The notes under the pieces are model-generated. The model did no database searches and had not been told where the DNA came from. It saw only the letters and a program-made list of their open reading frames with translations. 39,861 nucleotides of DNA from IMG/VR virus record IMGVR_UViG_3300048583_000181, positions 1 to 39,861 of that record; one strand, written 5' to 3'. Source of the stretch: a virus. Within the stretch, counting starts at the first letter, position 1. Each line of letters opens with the position of its first letter. Positions 1-6,114 of the stretch are shown here, piece after piece. The position numbers and the translations under genes are program-made.

Positions 1-127
1 TCTGCGCGGTCGCGGTTTCGCTGGCGACGGAGTTCCCGCGGAGAATGTCAGAGACGCCGGTGATTTCGTAGATGACCTGCTTGCACTGTTCGCGCTGGAG
101 GTAGAGCGCCTGCACCACCTGCGCCAC
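1..127. repeat. Left copy of a 127-bp exact terminal direct repeat (same as 39735..39861). It is either a circular-assembly overlap or a terminal redundancy.
   Basis: Read directly: bases 1-127 (tctgcgcggtcgcgg...cacctgcgccac) recur verbatim as the last 127 bases of the window. Confidence 0.95.
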
Positions 128-1207
128 TTCGTTCAGCGGCATGAGGTAGATCAGCTTATCCACCCCCATCCCATCCGGCATTGACTGGAGGTTGGTCAGC
201 GGGATAAGCTGGTTATCCTCGGCCTTTAATACCTTGTCAATGTCTTCAACAGTTGAATTATAGAACCCGCGAATACGCAGCCCGTCAATAAGGTTCTTCA
301 GTCGAACAGTGATTTTGTTCAATTCCACCGCTTGCGATTGGTATTGCATATAGAGGGGGGTTGGAACAAGCGTCGAGATCTTCCGCATAAAATTCAACGG
401 CTTCGGCACTGGGAAAAAACCGGAGAGTTTCAGCGGATCGGGGATTGGCTCCTTGAGAAACCCATTTCGCATATTTGGGGAGACGAAAATAACCTCCCCA
501 TTATTCTTGTCCCAGACCTCATAAACTTTCGCCAGCTTCACCCCCTCCAGTTCGGATTTCTTATCCGACGATCCAGGTTCACTGTCGTCGCGGGCAGAAG
601 TGTATTCAAACTGCGCAGCCGTATCGGGGAAGGCTTCTTTCACCTCCTCCGGCGTCATATCCCATTCGAGGGAAAGCCAGGGCACTTTTTTCCAAGTCCG
701 AGCGAAGCCGTGGAGGATCTTGTCCCACCGCACAGCCTCGCCATAAACACATTCCGCGGAGACACTTTCTCCCGCTTCGGTTTGTTCGAGGTGCGGAACA
801 TACTTGAAACGGGTCAGCCCGCGGTTGGTGACGAGGGTTTCCAGAATGGCGGGCTGCATCAACTCGTCAAAGCTGTCATATTCCGCGTTTTCGGCTTCGA
901 TGAGATACTTGAGCAGGCGAGTGGAAACGTCTGCAGCGGCCTTGCCCACCGGGTCAGCGTCCTTAAACCGGCGCTCGACGATCGGAATTGGCCTGGCGTT
1001 GTAGATGGCCGGCTGCATCGTTTCGGTGTTGGAGTAGAGGATTGAAAAGGGTTCTTTCGCCCCTTCCTGTGCTTCATACAGCCGAACGCAGTGATTGCCG
1101 TCTTTTCGATAGTCCTTTTCCCGCTTCAGCGCGTCGTCAATCCTCGCCATCCAGGCACGATAGAGCTTTTCGCTGCCAAACTTCGCGGGGGAGACTTCAC
1201 CAGCCAT
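1..1207 (-). CDS. Portal protein, N-terminal part. The gene continues across the window junction into 38851..39861 and is 696 aa once the 127-bp overlap is collapsed.
   Basis: I translated the minus strand by hand from the ATG at 1207 (MAGEVSPAKFGSEKLYRAWMARIDDALKREKDY...). It stays open to base 1 and ends in VAQVVQALYLQREQCKQVIYEITGVSDILRGN, which is the start of ORF 38851..39861. 1207 + 884 nt = 2091 = 3 x 697. The ATG overlaps the terL stop (ATGGCTGGTGA). It is missing from the ORF track because it runs off the window edge. Confidence 0.85.
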   Translation of the reverse strand, partial: MAGEVSPAKFGSEKLYRAWMARIDDALKREKDYRKDGNHCVRLYEAQEGAKEPFSILYSNTETMQPAIYNARPIPIVERRFKDADPVGKAAADVSTRLLKYLIEAENAEYDSFDELMQPAILETLVTNRGLTRFKYVPHLEQTEAGESVSAECVYGEAVRWDKILHGFARTWKKVPWLSLEWDMTPEEVKEAFPDTAAQFEYTSARDDSEPGSSDKKSELEGVKLAKVYEVWDKNNGEVIFVSPNMRNGFLKEPIPDPLKLSGFFPVPKPLNFMRKISTLVPTPLYMQYQSQAVELNKITVRLKNLIDGLRIRGFYNSTVEDIDKVLKAEDNQLIPLTNLQSMPDGMGVDKLIYLMPLNEVAQVVQALYLQREQCKQVIYEITGVSDILRGNSVASETATAQ

Positions 1208-2660
1208 TTTCAAGTTCCTTCTGCCGCCGCATTTTGGTATTCTTTGCGACGAGTTGGTCAAAGGTCATTTCATGCGGAAGCTGCGTGAATGTCAAGCCGG
1301 GAGTGGAAAGTGCGCCCGCGGGTTTCCAAATTCTCGACATACAAGCATAGCGGAGTTCGTCAGCTGCGTGGTCTTCGGCTTCGGTGTCGAGATCTTCGAC
1401 ATCTTTGTCGTCGTGCTGGAGTGTCGGGAGAGTGCGAATTGTATCCTCACAGCTATCACCAATGTAAAGCATTGGGACTCCGTTTTCCCCGACCAACCGA
1501 TGACGAATTTGCTCCCAGCCCGGCGACCGCTTATTATCCGCCGCCCGCCAACTGCACCGATACATCAGCTCGTTGATCGACGGCCCGCCGTTTCTGATAA
1601 AGATCGACGGATCAGCAACAGCATACCGAATGCGCTCACCTTTCTCCATCCGCAAAATCCCGTCAGCTACATCACTGGCGGTCATTTTCAGCCCTTGGTT
1701 CGGGCCTTTTGCCCCATACCATTCTCGATATTTGAAAATTGCACCGGAGGGCATACCTCCCCAAAGTCCGTCACAGATAGCATACCACCCAACAGAAAAA
1801 GGTCTTGCAGACCCCCAATCAAAGGCACGGAAACGAATAGTTTGCGGTGTTGCTTGCAGAATAAGAGACGAGGGGCGAACGTGAGCTTCTTCCGAGAACT
1901 CGTCAAAGAAAGCGCCGTCCACAATATCCCAATTTCCCTCCAGCCACGCTTTGACCAGAGCTTCGGAACCAGACTGGCGAAGGCGGAGAACGTAGGTCGG
2001 GTCGTTTCGGAGGAGCAGCATGTTGTCGCCGAGCTTGCTGGGGATGAACACCCGATCAAGCGAGACAATGCGCTTGACGCCATCGACAATGATTTCTTCG
2101 TCTTCGGTGATTACCTGATAACCTGCGGGATTGGGCTCGATGTAGCGCTTTTTGACCCAATTATGCCCAGGGCCGCCAGGGTTGCCAGTAAGACGCATCC
2201 CGACAGGAACACCAGCGCCAGAGCGGAGAGTAGCTCGTAGTTTGTCGAGCGGGCCGGAGGAGGGGAAGTTGGTGACTTCTTCGACATACAAGCGGGTGTA
2301 GTTGTGGCCCTGGTATTCCTCGGCATCGGAGTCCCTTTCGAGGTAGGCGAATTTCAGTCGCGCCCCGCCGGGCATGACCCATTCTTTCCGCTGCTCGTGG
2401 TATTTGGCTCCGAGCTTGGGGAAGATTTGTTTGGTGCGGGCGATGACTTCAGCGAGCTGGATCAGCTTCCGGCGGACGAACAGGCCGATCGCGTGCTCGC
2501 CGTATGTTGATGAGTGCTGGAGCCAATCGCCAATCGAAGACTCAGTCTTTCCCCCTCCCCGCGCACCGCCGTAGAAGACCTCGAAAACCGGACACTGGAG
2601 AAGTGCGGTTTGCGGGCCTTCTTGCGGCGACCAGACGATGGTTTGAAGGTCGTCAGCCAC
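1197..2660 (-). CDS. terL: Terminase large subunit
   Basis: 487 aa. P-loop-like FYGGARGGGKTE near the N-terminus and a nuclease-type C-terminal half. It sits between a small HTH protein and the portal gene. GTG start at 2660. Confidence 0.9.
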   Translation of the reverse strand: MADDLQTIVWSPQEGPQTALLQCPVFEVFYGGARGGGKTESSIGDWLQHSSTYGEHAIGLFVRRKLIQLAEVIARTKQIFPKLGAKYHEQRKEWVMPGGARLKFAYLERDSDAEEYQGHNYTRLYVEEVTNFPSSGPLDKLRATLRSGAGVPVGMRLTGNPGGPGHNWVKKRYIEPNPAGYQVITEDEEIIVDGVKRIVSLDRVFIPSKLGDNMLLLRNDPTYVLRLRQSGSEALVKAWLEGNWDIVDGAFFDEFSEEAHVRPSSLILQATPQTIRFRAFDWGSARPFSVGWYAICDGLWGGMPSGAIFKYREWYGAKGPNQGLKMTASDVADGILRMEKGERIRYAVADPSIFIRNGGPSINELMYRCSWRAADNKRSPGWEQIRHRLVGENGVPMLYIGDSCEDTIRTLPTLQHDDKDVEDLDTEAEDHAADELRYACMSRIWKPAGALSTPGLTFTQLPHEMTFDQLVAKNTKMRRQKELENGW

Positions 2661-2730
2661 GCGGCGACCAGCCGATCATGAGCAGCATGACCCCAGCAAA
2701 AGCGGCGATTATCCCGGCGAGGTAGATCAT
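2653..2730 (-). CDS. Possible 25-aa hydrophobic micro-ORF between terS and terL
   Basis: Manual translation gives MIYLAGIIAAFAGVMLLMIGWSPRG, with the stop overlapping the terL GTG start. The RBS is weak and the ORF is very short. Confidence 0.2.
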   Translation of the reverse strand: MIYLAGIIAAFAGVMLLMIGWSPRG

Positions 2731-2787
2731 CAGGTTATCCGAAGAAAAAGGGGAATTGGGGGAAGTCGTGCGCTACGCACCCGCTGA

Positions 2788-3315
2788 TCATCCGTTAATA
2801 TCCAACCCACCAGCCGGCTCAACCGCCCGCGGGATCTCCAGCACTTTCTTCGGTGCATACGCTTCCGCCCATTCCGCCGCTGTCGCCACTTTTCCGGGCA
2901 TCTGCACGACGAAGTTATTAACCTGCTTCGGCCCGTTATCCCGCGCACCAAAGCCCAGGGCTTTACTGGTAATGTCCAGCGCTTTCAGCGCCAAATCCGC
3001 ATTACTTGTCGCCGACAATTTCTCCGCAATCACATCCAGCGACTGAATCGCCACTCCGCGCATCCGGCTTTCAATCGCTTCGATAATCCCAGGATCGACC
3101 AGCTCCGACTTTCGCTCTGCCAGCCTTGCCTGAAAAGCATTGCTGCCATAAATCCGCGAAATCCAGGGTTCGGTATAACCAAAAACTGCTGCAATCTCTT
3201 TCTGCGAAATCGACGGGTTGGTGATGATCAGATCAATCATCGCATCATGGCTATACCTCACCTTCGCAATCCGCGAATAGTTCTGCGAGTAGCCTTTTTC
3301 TTCTGCTGTCGGCAT
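2788..3315 (-). CDS. terS: Putative terminase small subunit (HTH DNA-binding protein)
   Basis: Lies immediately upstream of terL. HTH-like segment ISQKEIAAVFGYTEPWISRIYG. I moved the start to the internal ATG at 3315 (MPTAEEKGY), which has AAAGGGG upstream. The track start at 3348 lies inside the predicted promoter. Confidence 0.6.
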   Translation of the reverse strand: MPTAEEKGYSQNYSRIAKVRYSHDAMIDLIITNPSISQKEIAAVFGYTEPWISRIYGSNAFQARLAERKSELVDPGIIEAIESRMRGVAIQSLDVIAEKLSATSNADLALKALDITSKALGFGARDNGPKQVNNFVVQMPGKVATAAEWAEAYAPKKVLEIPRAVEPAGGLDING

Positions 3316-3337
3316 CGGAGCTGCCCCTTTCTCCAGC

Positions 3338-3367
3338 ATTAGTAGCAAATCGGGGGCGGGGTGTCAA
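3338..3367 (-). promoter_or_regulatory. Predicted sigma70-like late promoter: TTGACA-N17-TACTAAT
   Basis: On the minus strand, TTGACA is at 3367..3362, the spacer is exactly 17 nt, and TACTAAT is at 3344..3338. This is directly upstream of the terS RBS. Confidence 0.45.
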
Positions 3368-3434
3368 TGGGAGTCGGAAAAAGGGCGCGGGCAGAGGAAT
3401 AGTAGTTTTCCCACGGAGATTCGTTTTTGTTTTT

Positions 3435-3467
3435 CCGCGGGGATTGGAAATGCCTGACCGGGGGGAT
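3435..3467. repeat. Two direct copies of CCG(C/G)GGGGAT upstream of the late promoter
   Basis: CCGCGGGGAT at 3435..3444 and CCGGGGGGAT at 3458..3467. The same word forms the arms of the intergenic inverted repeats elsewhere in the genome. Confidence 0.6.
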
Positions 3468-3731
3468 AGGTGGATATGCCAGTTAATATCCGCCCTCGTT
3501 AACCCCCCTCTCCGGGTCTTACCACCCCCCCTCTTTCTAAGCCATTAGCCGTTGCCTGCCCGCCGATTAAGTGTTCAATCGACGCGTTCAATAATAAAGG
3601 TAGTAGTTATGGATTATTCCGCCTTGACACGGTTTCGGGGAATAGGGGTTGACATTCAGTCGATTAACCTAATTGGCGAAACGACTCGGGTTAGTTTTGG
3701 TTAGGTAATTTTGTTGCTTGGCCCTAGATAG

Positions 3732-3819
3732 CCCGACGTTGGCTTGTGGCGGGGAGAATTATTTTCGGGGGTGTAGTGCCCCAAACTGGTCAAGGCGTTC
3801 ACGGGGCAACGTCGGGCGT
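3732..3819. other. 88-nt element closed by an 11-bp perfect long-range stem
   Basis: GCCCGACGTTG (3732..3742) is complementary to CAACGTCGGGC (3809..3819), followed by GTTTTGG. An internal GGGG/CCCC hairpin is present. No ORF covers the element. Confidence 0.3.
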
Positions 3820-3930
3820 TTTGGGGGTATAAGGTTTTAACCAATTTGGTAACTGAGCGGCAATCAAATCAGGTTGGCACGAATCTTGCAACGCGCGCGG
3901 GCGGGCGCGCAGCGGATATGGCCGGGCAAT

Positions 3931-3964
3931 GCGGGGTGGTGGTGGCCGGGGATTAGTGCAACGG
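3931..3964. repeat. Direct repeat unit A, containing the 19-mer CCGGGGATTAGTGCAACGG
   Basis: The 19-mer at 3946..3964 is identical to 4014..4032, giving a 68-bp period. The flanks GCGGGGTGG... are similar. Confidence 0.9.
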
Positions 3965-3997
3965 GGCGACCAGCCGATGATCGGGCAGTGGGGTGGC

Positions 3998-4032
3998 GCG
4001 GGGGTGGCGCAATCCGGGGATTAGTGCAACGG
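3998..4032. repeat. Direct repeat unit B, containing the 19-mer CCGGGGATTAGTGCAACGG
   Basis: Identical 19-mer at 4014..4032. Confidence 0.9.
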
Positions 4033-4068
4033 AGCCGCGTCTGTCCGGAAAATGGGGCAAAGCAATAA

Positions 4069-4098
4069 TGTTGCGCCAAACACCCTATCTACGTTCTA
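4069..4098 (+). promoter_or_regulatory. Candidate plus-strand promoter: TTGCGC-N18-TCTAAT
   Basis: TTGCGC at 4069..4074 and TCTAAT at 4093..4098 (5/6 match to TATAAT). It points into an ORF-free, G-run-rich stretch. Confidence 0.3.
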
Positions 4099-4120
4099 AT
4101 ATTTTTTTTTGAGATTAGAA
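4094..4120. other. AT-rich island containing a 7-bp inverted repeat
   Basis: TTCTAAT (4094..4100) and ATTAGAA (4114..4120) flank a T9 run. This is the only strongly AT-rich patch in a GC-rich non-coding region. Confidence 0.6.
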
Positions 4121-4248
4121 CCAGCACGATTATTGTAAGATGGGTAGGGAAGGGGGGGTGGCAGAAATCCGGGGATAACGCCACCCCTATGCCACCCTAT
4201 CGCCACCCCCGGCCATATCACCCGATGATCGGGGGCAATCGGCATAGA

Positions 4249-4296
4249 GGGATTGGGGGGCGGGGGGAATAGGGGCAAAATAGGGGCGCTAGGGGG
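4249..4296 (+). other. Dense G-run cluster (potential G-quadruplex motif)
   Basis: Six G3-G6 runs separated by 1-7 nt: GGGattGGGGGGcGGGGGGaataGGGGcaaaataGGGGcgctaGGGGG. A second cluster lies at 4142..4158. Confidence 0.5.
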
Positions 4297-4321
4297 TTTC
4301 TAGCGCCATTTGCCACATGGT

Positions 4322-4352
4322 ATGGGGGGTAGCGGCACCCCATGCCGGTTTT
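4322..4352 (+). terminator. Terminator-like hairpin on the plus strand
   Basis: ATGGGG (4322..4327) pairs with CCCCAT (4338..4343), followed by GCCGGTTTTCG. Another hairpin, GGCGCTAG/CTAGCGCC, lies at 4285..4307. Confidence 0.3.
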
Positions 4353-4406
4353 CGCGTCCTACGGCCATCGTCGGGGGTTTTGGCACAAACGGGGAACACC
4401 GAGGAT

Positions 4407-4436
4407 AAAAAAAACCCCCGGCGCGATGGCCGGGGG
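4407..4436 (-). terminator. Rho-independent terminator of the small minus-strand cassette
   Basis: CCCCCGGC (4415..4422) pairs with GCCGGGGG (4429..4436). On the minus strand it is followed by a U8 run (A8 at 4407..4414), 30 nt after the stop at 4467. Confidence 0.75.
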
Positions 4437-4466
4437 CGATGACTGCCGGGGATGATCGGGGGCGGG

Positions 4467-4727
4467 TTACTGGTGGCGGACATCCCCCACGCCAATCGGG
4501 GGCGATAGCGGCGCGGGGTTGTGGATGGCCAGCCATGCTGTGCAATCGGCGATCATCGCCGCGTAGTCGCGGCGCGGGGGGTTGTCAGTCCATTGCGCGA
4601 CACGGACGGTTAGATCGGATTTCCGCAATCCACGAATTTTCATTCCGGCGGACATAATGCGGCATTGGCCGCGTAGCTGTGCGACGCGGAAAATATCGAT
4701 ATTTTCGGGGGCGATTAGGCTGGGCAT
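4467..4727 (-). CDS. Hypothetical protein (86 aa)
   Basis: ORF with the conserved TAGGGAGTCCGCC leader directly before the ATG, and a strong terminator downstream. Confidence 0.6.
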   Translation of the reverse strand: MPSLIAPENIDIFRVAQLRGQCRIMSAGMKIRGLRKSDLTVRVAQWTDNPPRRDYAAMIADCTAWLAIHNPAPLSPPIGVGDVRHQ

Positions 4728-4747
4728 GGCGGACTCCCTAATTAGAC

Positions 4748-4775
4748 AAAAAACCGGGGGGATTGTTCCCCCCGG
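4748..4775 (-). terminator. Rho-independent terminator or attenuator hairpin just upstream of the RBS of 4467..4727
   Basis: 9-bp stem CCGGGGGGA/TCCCCCCGG with a 4-nt loop, then U6 on the minus strand (A6 at 4748..4753). The TAGGGAG RBS follows about 10 nt later. Confidence 0.65.
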
Positions 4776-4789
4776 TCAGGTGTTAGTCG

Positions 4790-4818
4790 ATTATCGCGGC
4801 GGGTGTCAATCCCGCCAA
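4790..4818 (-). promoter_or_regulatory. Candidate sigma70-like promoter: TTGGCG-N17-GATAAT
   Basis: On the minus strand, TTGGCG is at 4818..4813, the spacer is 17 nt, and GATAAT is at 4795..4790. The element overlaps an ATTGACACCC word that recurs at 3358 and 5086. Confidence 0.35.
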
Positions 4819-5012
4819 AACAATCGCCAAAACAACGGGCGATAAGTCGGAGCGGGGGTTTGACGTTGCGGTTTTGGCGCAACGTCAAAATTGATCGTTG
4901 GAAACTGGCGCAACGCCCGATCGCCGAAGTTTTCGGCCCTGATGATCGGCAATAATTCGGCATGAGTTAACCGGGGGCGTTGGCGCATTAAATTATTCAA
5001 AACACTAGGCAT
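4806..5012 (-). CDS. Hypothetical protein (68 aa); coding status uncertain
   Basis: Has the same TAGGGAGTCCGC leader and MPS start as 4467..4727. However, the body contains a perfect 12-bp palindrome (4859..4889) and repeated TGGCGCAAC words. Confidence 0.4.
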   Translation of the reverse strand: MPSVLNNLMRQRPRLTHAELLPIIRAENFGDRALRQFPTINFDVAPKPQRQTPAPTYRPLFWRLFWRD

Positions 5013-5032
5013 AAAGCGGACTCCCTAGATAG

Positions 5033-5063
5033 AAAAATGCCGGGGCAAATTGTTGCCCCGGCA
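5033..5063 (-). terminator. Terminator or attenuator hairpin just upstream of the RBS of 4806..5012
   Basis: 11-bp stem TGCCGGGGCAA/TTGCCCCGGCA with a 4-nt loop, then U5 on the minus strand. The TAGGGAG RBS follows. Confidence 0.6.
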
Positions 5064-5136
5064 TGGTAGGTAACAACGAATTGCGGGGGTGTCAATCCGC
5101 CCAGTGCAGCCCAGTGGCGTCGCAATCTAAATGCGG

Positions 5137-5169
5137 AAAAACCCGCTAGGGATTGCCTAGCGGGTTTTT
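5137..5169. terminator. Bidirectional rho-independent terminator
   Basis: AAAAACCCGCTAGG (5137..5150) pairs with CCTAGCGGGTTTTT (5156..5169). It lies 20 nt after the stop of 5190..5750. Confidence 0.75.
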
Positions 5170-5189
5170 CTGCCCGATTGCAATAGGCG

Positions 5190-5750
5190 TCAACCGATAC
5201 CCAGTGCCGACAACATTGCGCCCGTATCGACCGACGAAGTTTTCGGCGCGGGGCGCAATTCGGCCATAATCGCGGCGATGGCCGGCTCCCGGCGCAATGC
5301 CAACTGTTCCGCGCGAGTTTTCGCGTCATAAATCGCGCGAGTTTTCGCGGCCATATCATCGGGGATCGGCAGCTTCTGGGCGGTAGCGGCATTGACCAGA
5401 AACTGGTGAAACGCCCGATAGATAATGCCCGAAACAGGAGCCGAGCCATCGCCCGACGACCGCTGCGACCAGTCACCCGCAATCAATGCGTCGGCAACGT
5501 CCTGCATCGCGGCCATTTTGTCAGCGGGGGCGGCGGGCAGCCCGTCGTCGTTCAGCGACATTGCCGCCGCGTCGGCAATTTTCTGTTTCAGCCCATGCAT
5601 CATTGCCGCCGCGCGGATATCCGCCGACAATGCCGCCGCGTTGACGGTGAATGAACCAGCGCCCGTGACGTTAAATGTCATAACCTCCCCGTCAATGACG
5701 GTGGTAATGACGCGGGCGCGTTTCGTTTCGACTTTCGTTTCTTTTGCCAT
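5190..5750 (-). CDS. Hypothetical protein (186 aa); paralog of 9163..9771
   Basis: Blocks shared with 9163..9771: HGxxQKxxD, an (A/I)AG(E/D)WS block, and the C-terminal SVDTxxxLxxLGxG. GTAGGGAGTC lies upstream of the ATG. Confidence 0.8.
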   Translation of the reverse strand: MAKETKVETKRARVITTVIDGEVMTFNVTGAGSFTVNAAALSADIRAAAMMHGLKQKIADAAAMSLNDDGLPAAPADKMAAMQDVADALIAGDWSQRSSGDGSAPVSGIIYRAFHQFLVNAATAQKLPIPDDMAAKTRAIYDAKTRAEQLALRREPAIAAIMAELRPAPKTSSVDTGAMLSALGIG

Positions 5751-6034
5751 GATAGTGACTCCCTACATATCGCCCCATTAGTGGCCGGGATTGGCGGGGG
5801 CGATGGCCCCTAGTGTCATGGCCAGCCGATAGTGTCAATATACCCCCGGCAATATATTTTCATATACCCTAGGCCAATCGCCCGCCCGCCCCCCGTGTGA
5901 CCGATGACGGCGACTGGGCATTGGGGGCGGCATGGCATATTGACAACGCGTGACACGCGCACGCGCGCGTGTAGCAAAAACCGTGCCAACCGACGACCGG
6001 CTGACGATTGATTGCCGATTGTTAATGTCGATAT

Positions 6035-6050
6035 CCGGTTGCACTAATCC
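6035..6050. repeat. Third, inverted copy of the GGATTAGTGCAAC core; it overlaps the early promoter -35 box
   Basis: The reverse complement of CCGGTTGCACTAATCC is GGATTAGTGCAACCGG, which matches the core of the 3946 and 4014 repeats. Confidence 0.85.
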
Positions 6051-6067
6051 TAAATGGCCGATAGGAT
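6039..6067 (+). promoter_or_regulatory. Predicted early promoter: TTGCAC-N17-TAGGAT
   Basis: TTGCAC at 6039..6044, spacer exactly 17 nt, TAGGAT at 6062..6067. It lies about 45 nt upstream of the first plus-strand ORF, in the divergent intergenic region. Confidence 0.5.
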
Positions 6068-6114
6068 GGCCAATCGCCGGGGATGATCGCGGCGATAATT
6101 TGGGGACTTAACCG

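Noticed and set aside
332-1045. 237-aa plus-strand ORF, along with several other 60-330-aa ORFs on the strand opposite to the terL/portal genes (for example 1254..2240 and 988..1350).
   Set aside because: They are antisense to clearly recognisable portal and terminase reading frames, have arginine/proline/serine-rich low-complexity translations, and lack an RBS. They are shadow ORFs typical of GC-rich DNA.
2727-2733. CTGATGA on the minus strand between terS and terL.
   Set aside because: There is no GAAA core element and no compatible stems within 80 nt on that strand. The ATG within it is merely a candidate start for a 25-aa micro-ORF.
3560-3720. Possible tRNA or promoter cluster: GTTCAATCGA resembles a T-arm, and there are two TTGACA words at 3624 and 3649.
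   Set aside because: I could not build an acceptor stem, anticodon arm or cloverleaf around GTTCAATC. Neither TTGACA has an acceptable -10 hexamer at a 16-19-nt spacing. I found no tRNA-like sequence anywhere in the window.
3931-4032. Possible mini-CRISPR array, given the identical 19-mers spaced 68 bp apart.
   Set aside because: There are only two direct copies. The repeat is short, the 'spacer' region is itself made of the same G-rich words, the third copy is inverted and 2 kb away, and there are no cas genes.
3864-4545. Several 60-81-aa ORFs on both strands (3864..4079, 3874..4068, 4096..4278, 4289..4495, 4300..4545).
   Set aside because: The translations are proline/glycine/arginine runs produced by G/C homopolymer tracts and short repeats. 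They have no RBS and overlap each other. I treated the region as non-coding.
4901-4950. A CTGATGA (4939..4945) with a GAAAC (4901..4905) 34 nt upstream, which looked like a possible fourth hammerhead.
   Set aside because: The flanks cannot form stem II: TCGG after CTGATGA has no complement before GAAAC. There is no G-U-H cleavage triplet closing a stem III, and the element is on the strand antisense to the local transcription unit. It is a chance occurrence of the core words.
5751-6038. Promoter for the minus-strand gene 5190..5750 (TTGACA at 5839..5834 on the minus strand) and a plus-strand TTGACA at 5940..5945.
   Set aside because: Both have perfect -35 words, but the sequences 17 nt downstream (CACTAG and GCGCGC) are poor -10 elements. 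A promoter must exist here for the minus-strand cassette, but I cannot place it confidently. The ACACGCGC/GCGCGTGT inverted repeat at 5953..5972 is noted but unexplained.
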